Positions 46,285 through 46,339 of a stretch of DNA of 46,339 nt are shown here, piece by piece (within the stretch, counting starts at the first letter, position 1; each line of letters opens with the position of its first letter). The position numbers and the translations under genes were made by a program. The stretch is from an uncultured Gammaproteobacteria bacterium (lineage in GTDB: Bacteria; Patescibacteriota; Patescibacteriia; UBA1558; GWA2-36-10), in contig CAYUER010000004.1 in assembly GCA_964443785.1 (NCBI GenBank), positions 2,234 to 48,572 on the forward strand, given 5' to 3'. The notes beneath the pieces were generated by a model. That model was not told where the DNA came from. It saw only the letters and a program-made list of their open reading frames with translations, and did no database searches.

Positions 46285-46318
46285 AACACTAGTACCTGGT
46301 TGGTACTAGTGTTTTTAA
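46285..46318 (+). terminator. intrinsic terminator after queA
   Basis: AACACTAGTACC/GGTACTAGTGTT perfect 12-bp stem (46285-46296 pairs 46302-46313) followed by TTT. Confidence 0.75.
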
Positions 46319-46339
46319 GAAACTTCCATGCTATGGTAT

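Noticed and set aside
1-46339. CRISPR arrays, IS elements/transposases, integrases, rRNA genes, recognisable defence systems, or an alternative genetic code (UGA recoding)
   Set aside because: I saw no regularly spaced short repeats, no transposase- or integrase-like ORFs and no rRNA-like segments. Long conserved genes are uninterrupted under the standard code and end at TGA, TAA or TAG as expected.

Overview
AT-rich bacterial chromosomal segment with about 40 genes, read under the standard genetic code (ORFs up to 1961 codons are uninterrupted). All coordinates were counted by hand and may be off by 1-2 nt.

Gene content:
- Mostly housekeeping: rlmH, murI, ldh, nusA, trmB, tsaD, tsaE, valS, ftsH, rpsA, gyrA, ruvB, queH, queA, tRNA-Glu and a cold-shock protein.
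- A K+-independent membrane pyrophosphatase, a PilB/GspE ATPase and three secreted FN3-rich surface proteins, two of them giant.
- This content, the near absence of Shine-Dalgarno (SD) sequences and very canonical TTGACT-17-TATAAT promoters suggest a reduced-genome, CPR/Patescibacteria-like organism. That assignment is inference only.

Observations worth follow-up:
1. Two weakly paralogous, visibly high-GC single-gene cassettes (58-474 and 2019-2636). Each has its own TTGACTAAAT promoter, GC-rich leader, AAGGAGG SD and GC hairpin terminator. They bracket rlmH plus an ArsR/SdpI-like immunity pair, and one carries an excisionase-type HTH.
2. A head-to-head Elp3 (radical-SAM + GNAT) / Trm9-type methyltransferase pair, implying a eukaryote/archaea-style mcm5U34 tRNA pathway. 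A SET-domain gene lies next to it.
3. A 100-bp GC-hairpin insertion bounded by a 14-nt direct repeat that duplicates the murI start.
4. Two adjacent giant surface proteins sharing an unassigned N-terminal module. One contains a perfect 224-bp internal direct repeat.
5. A compact three-way-junction RNA fold between queH and queA that sequesters the queA ribosome-binding site.

I saw no CRISPR array, transposase, rRNA or recognisable defence genes.
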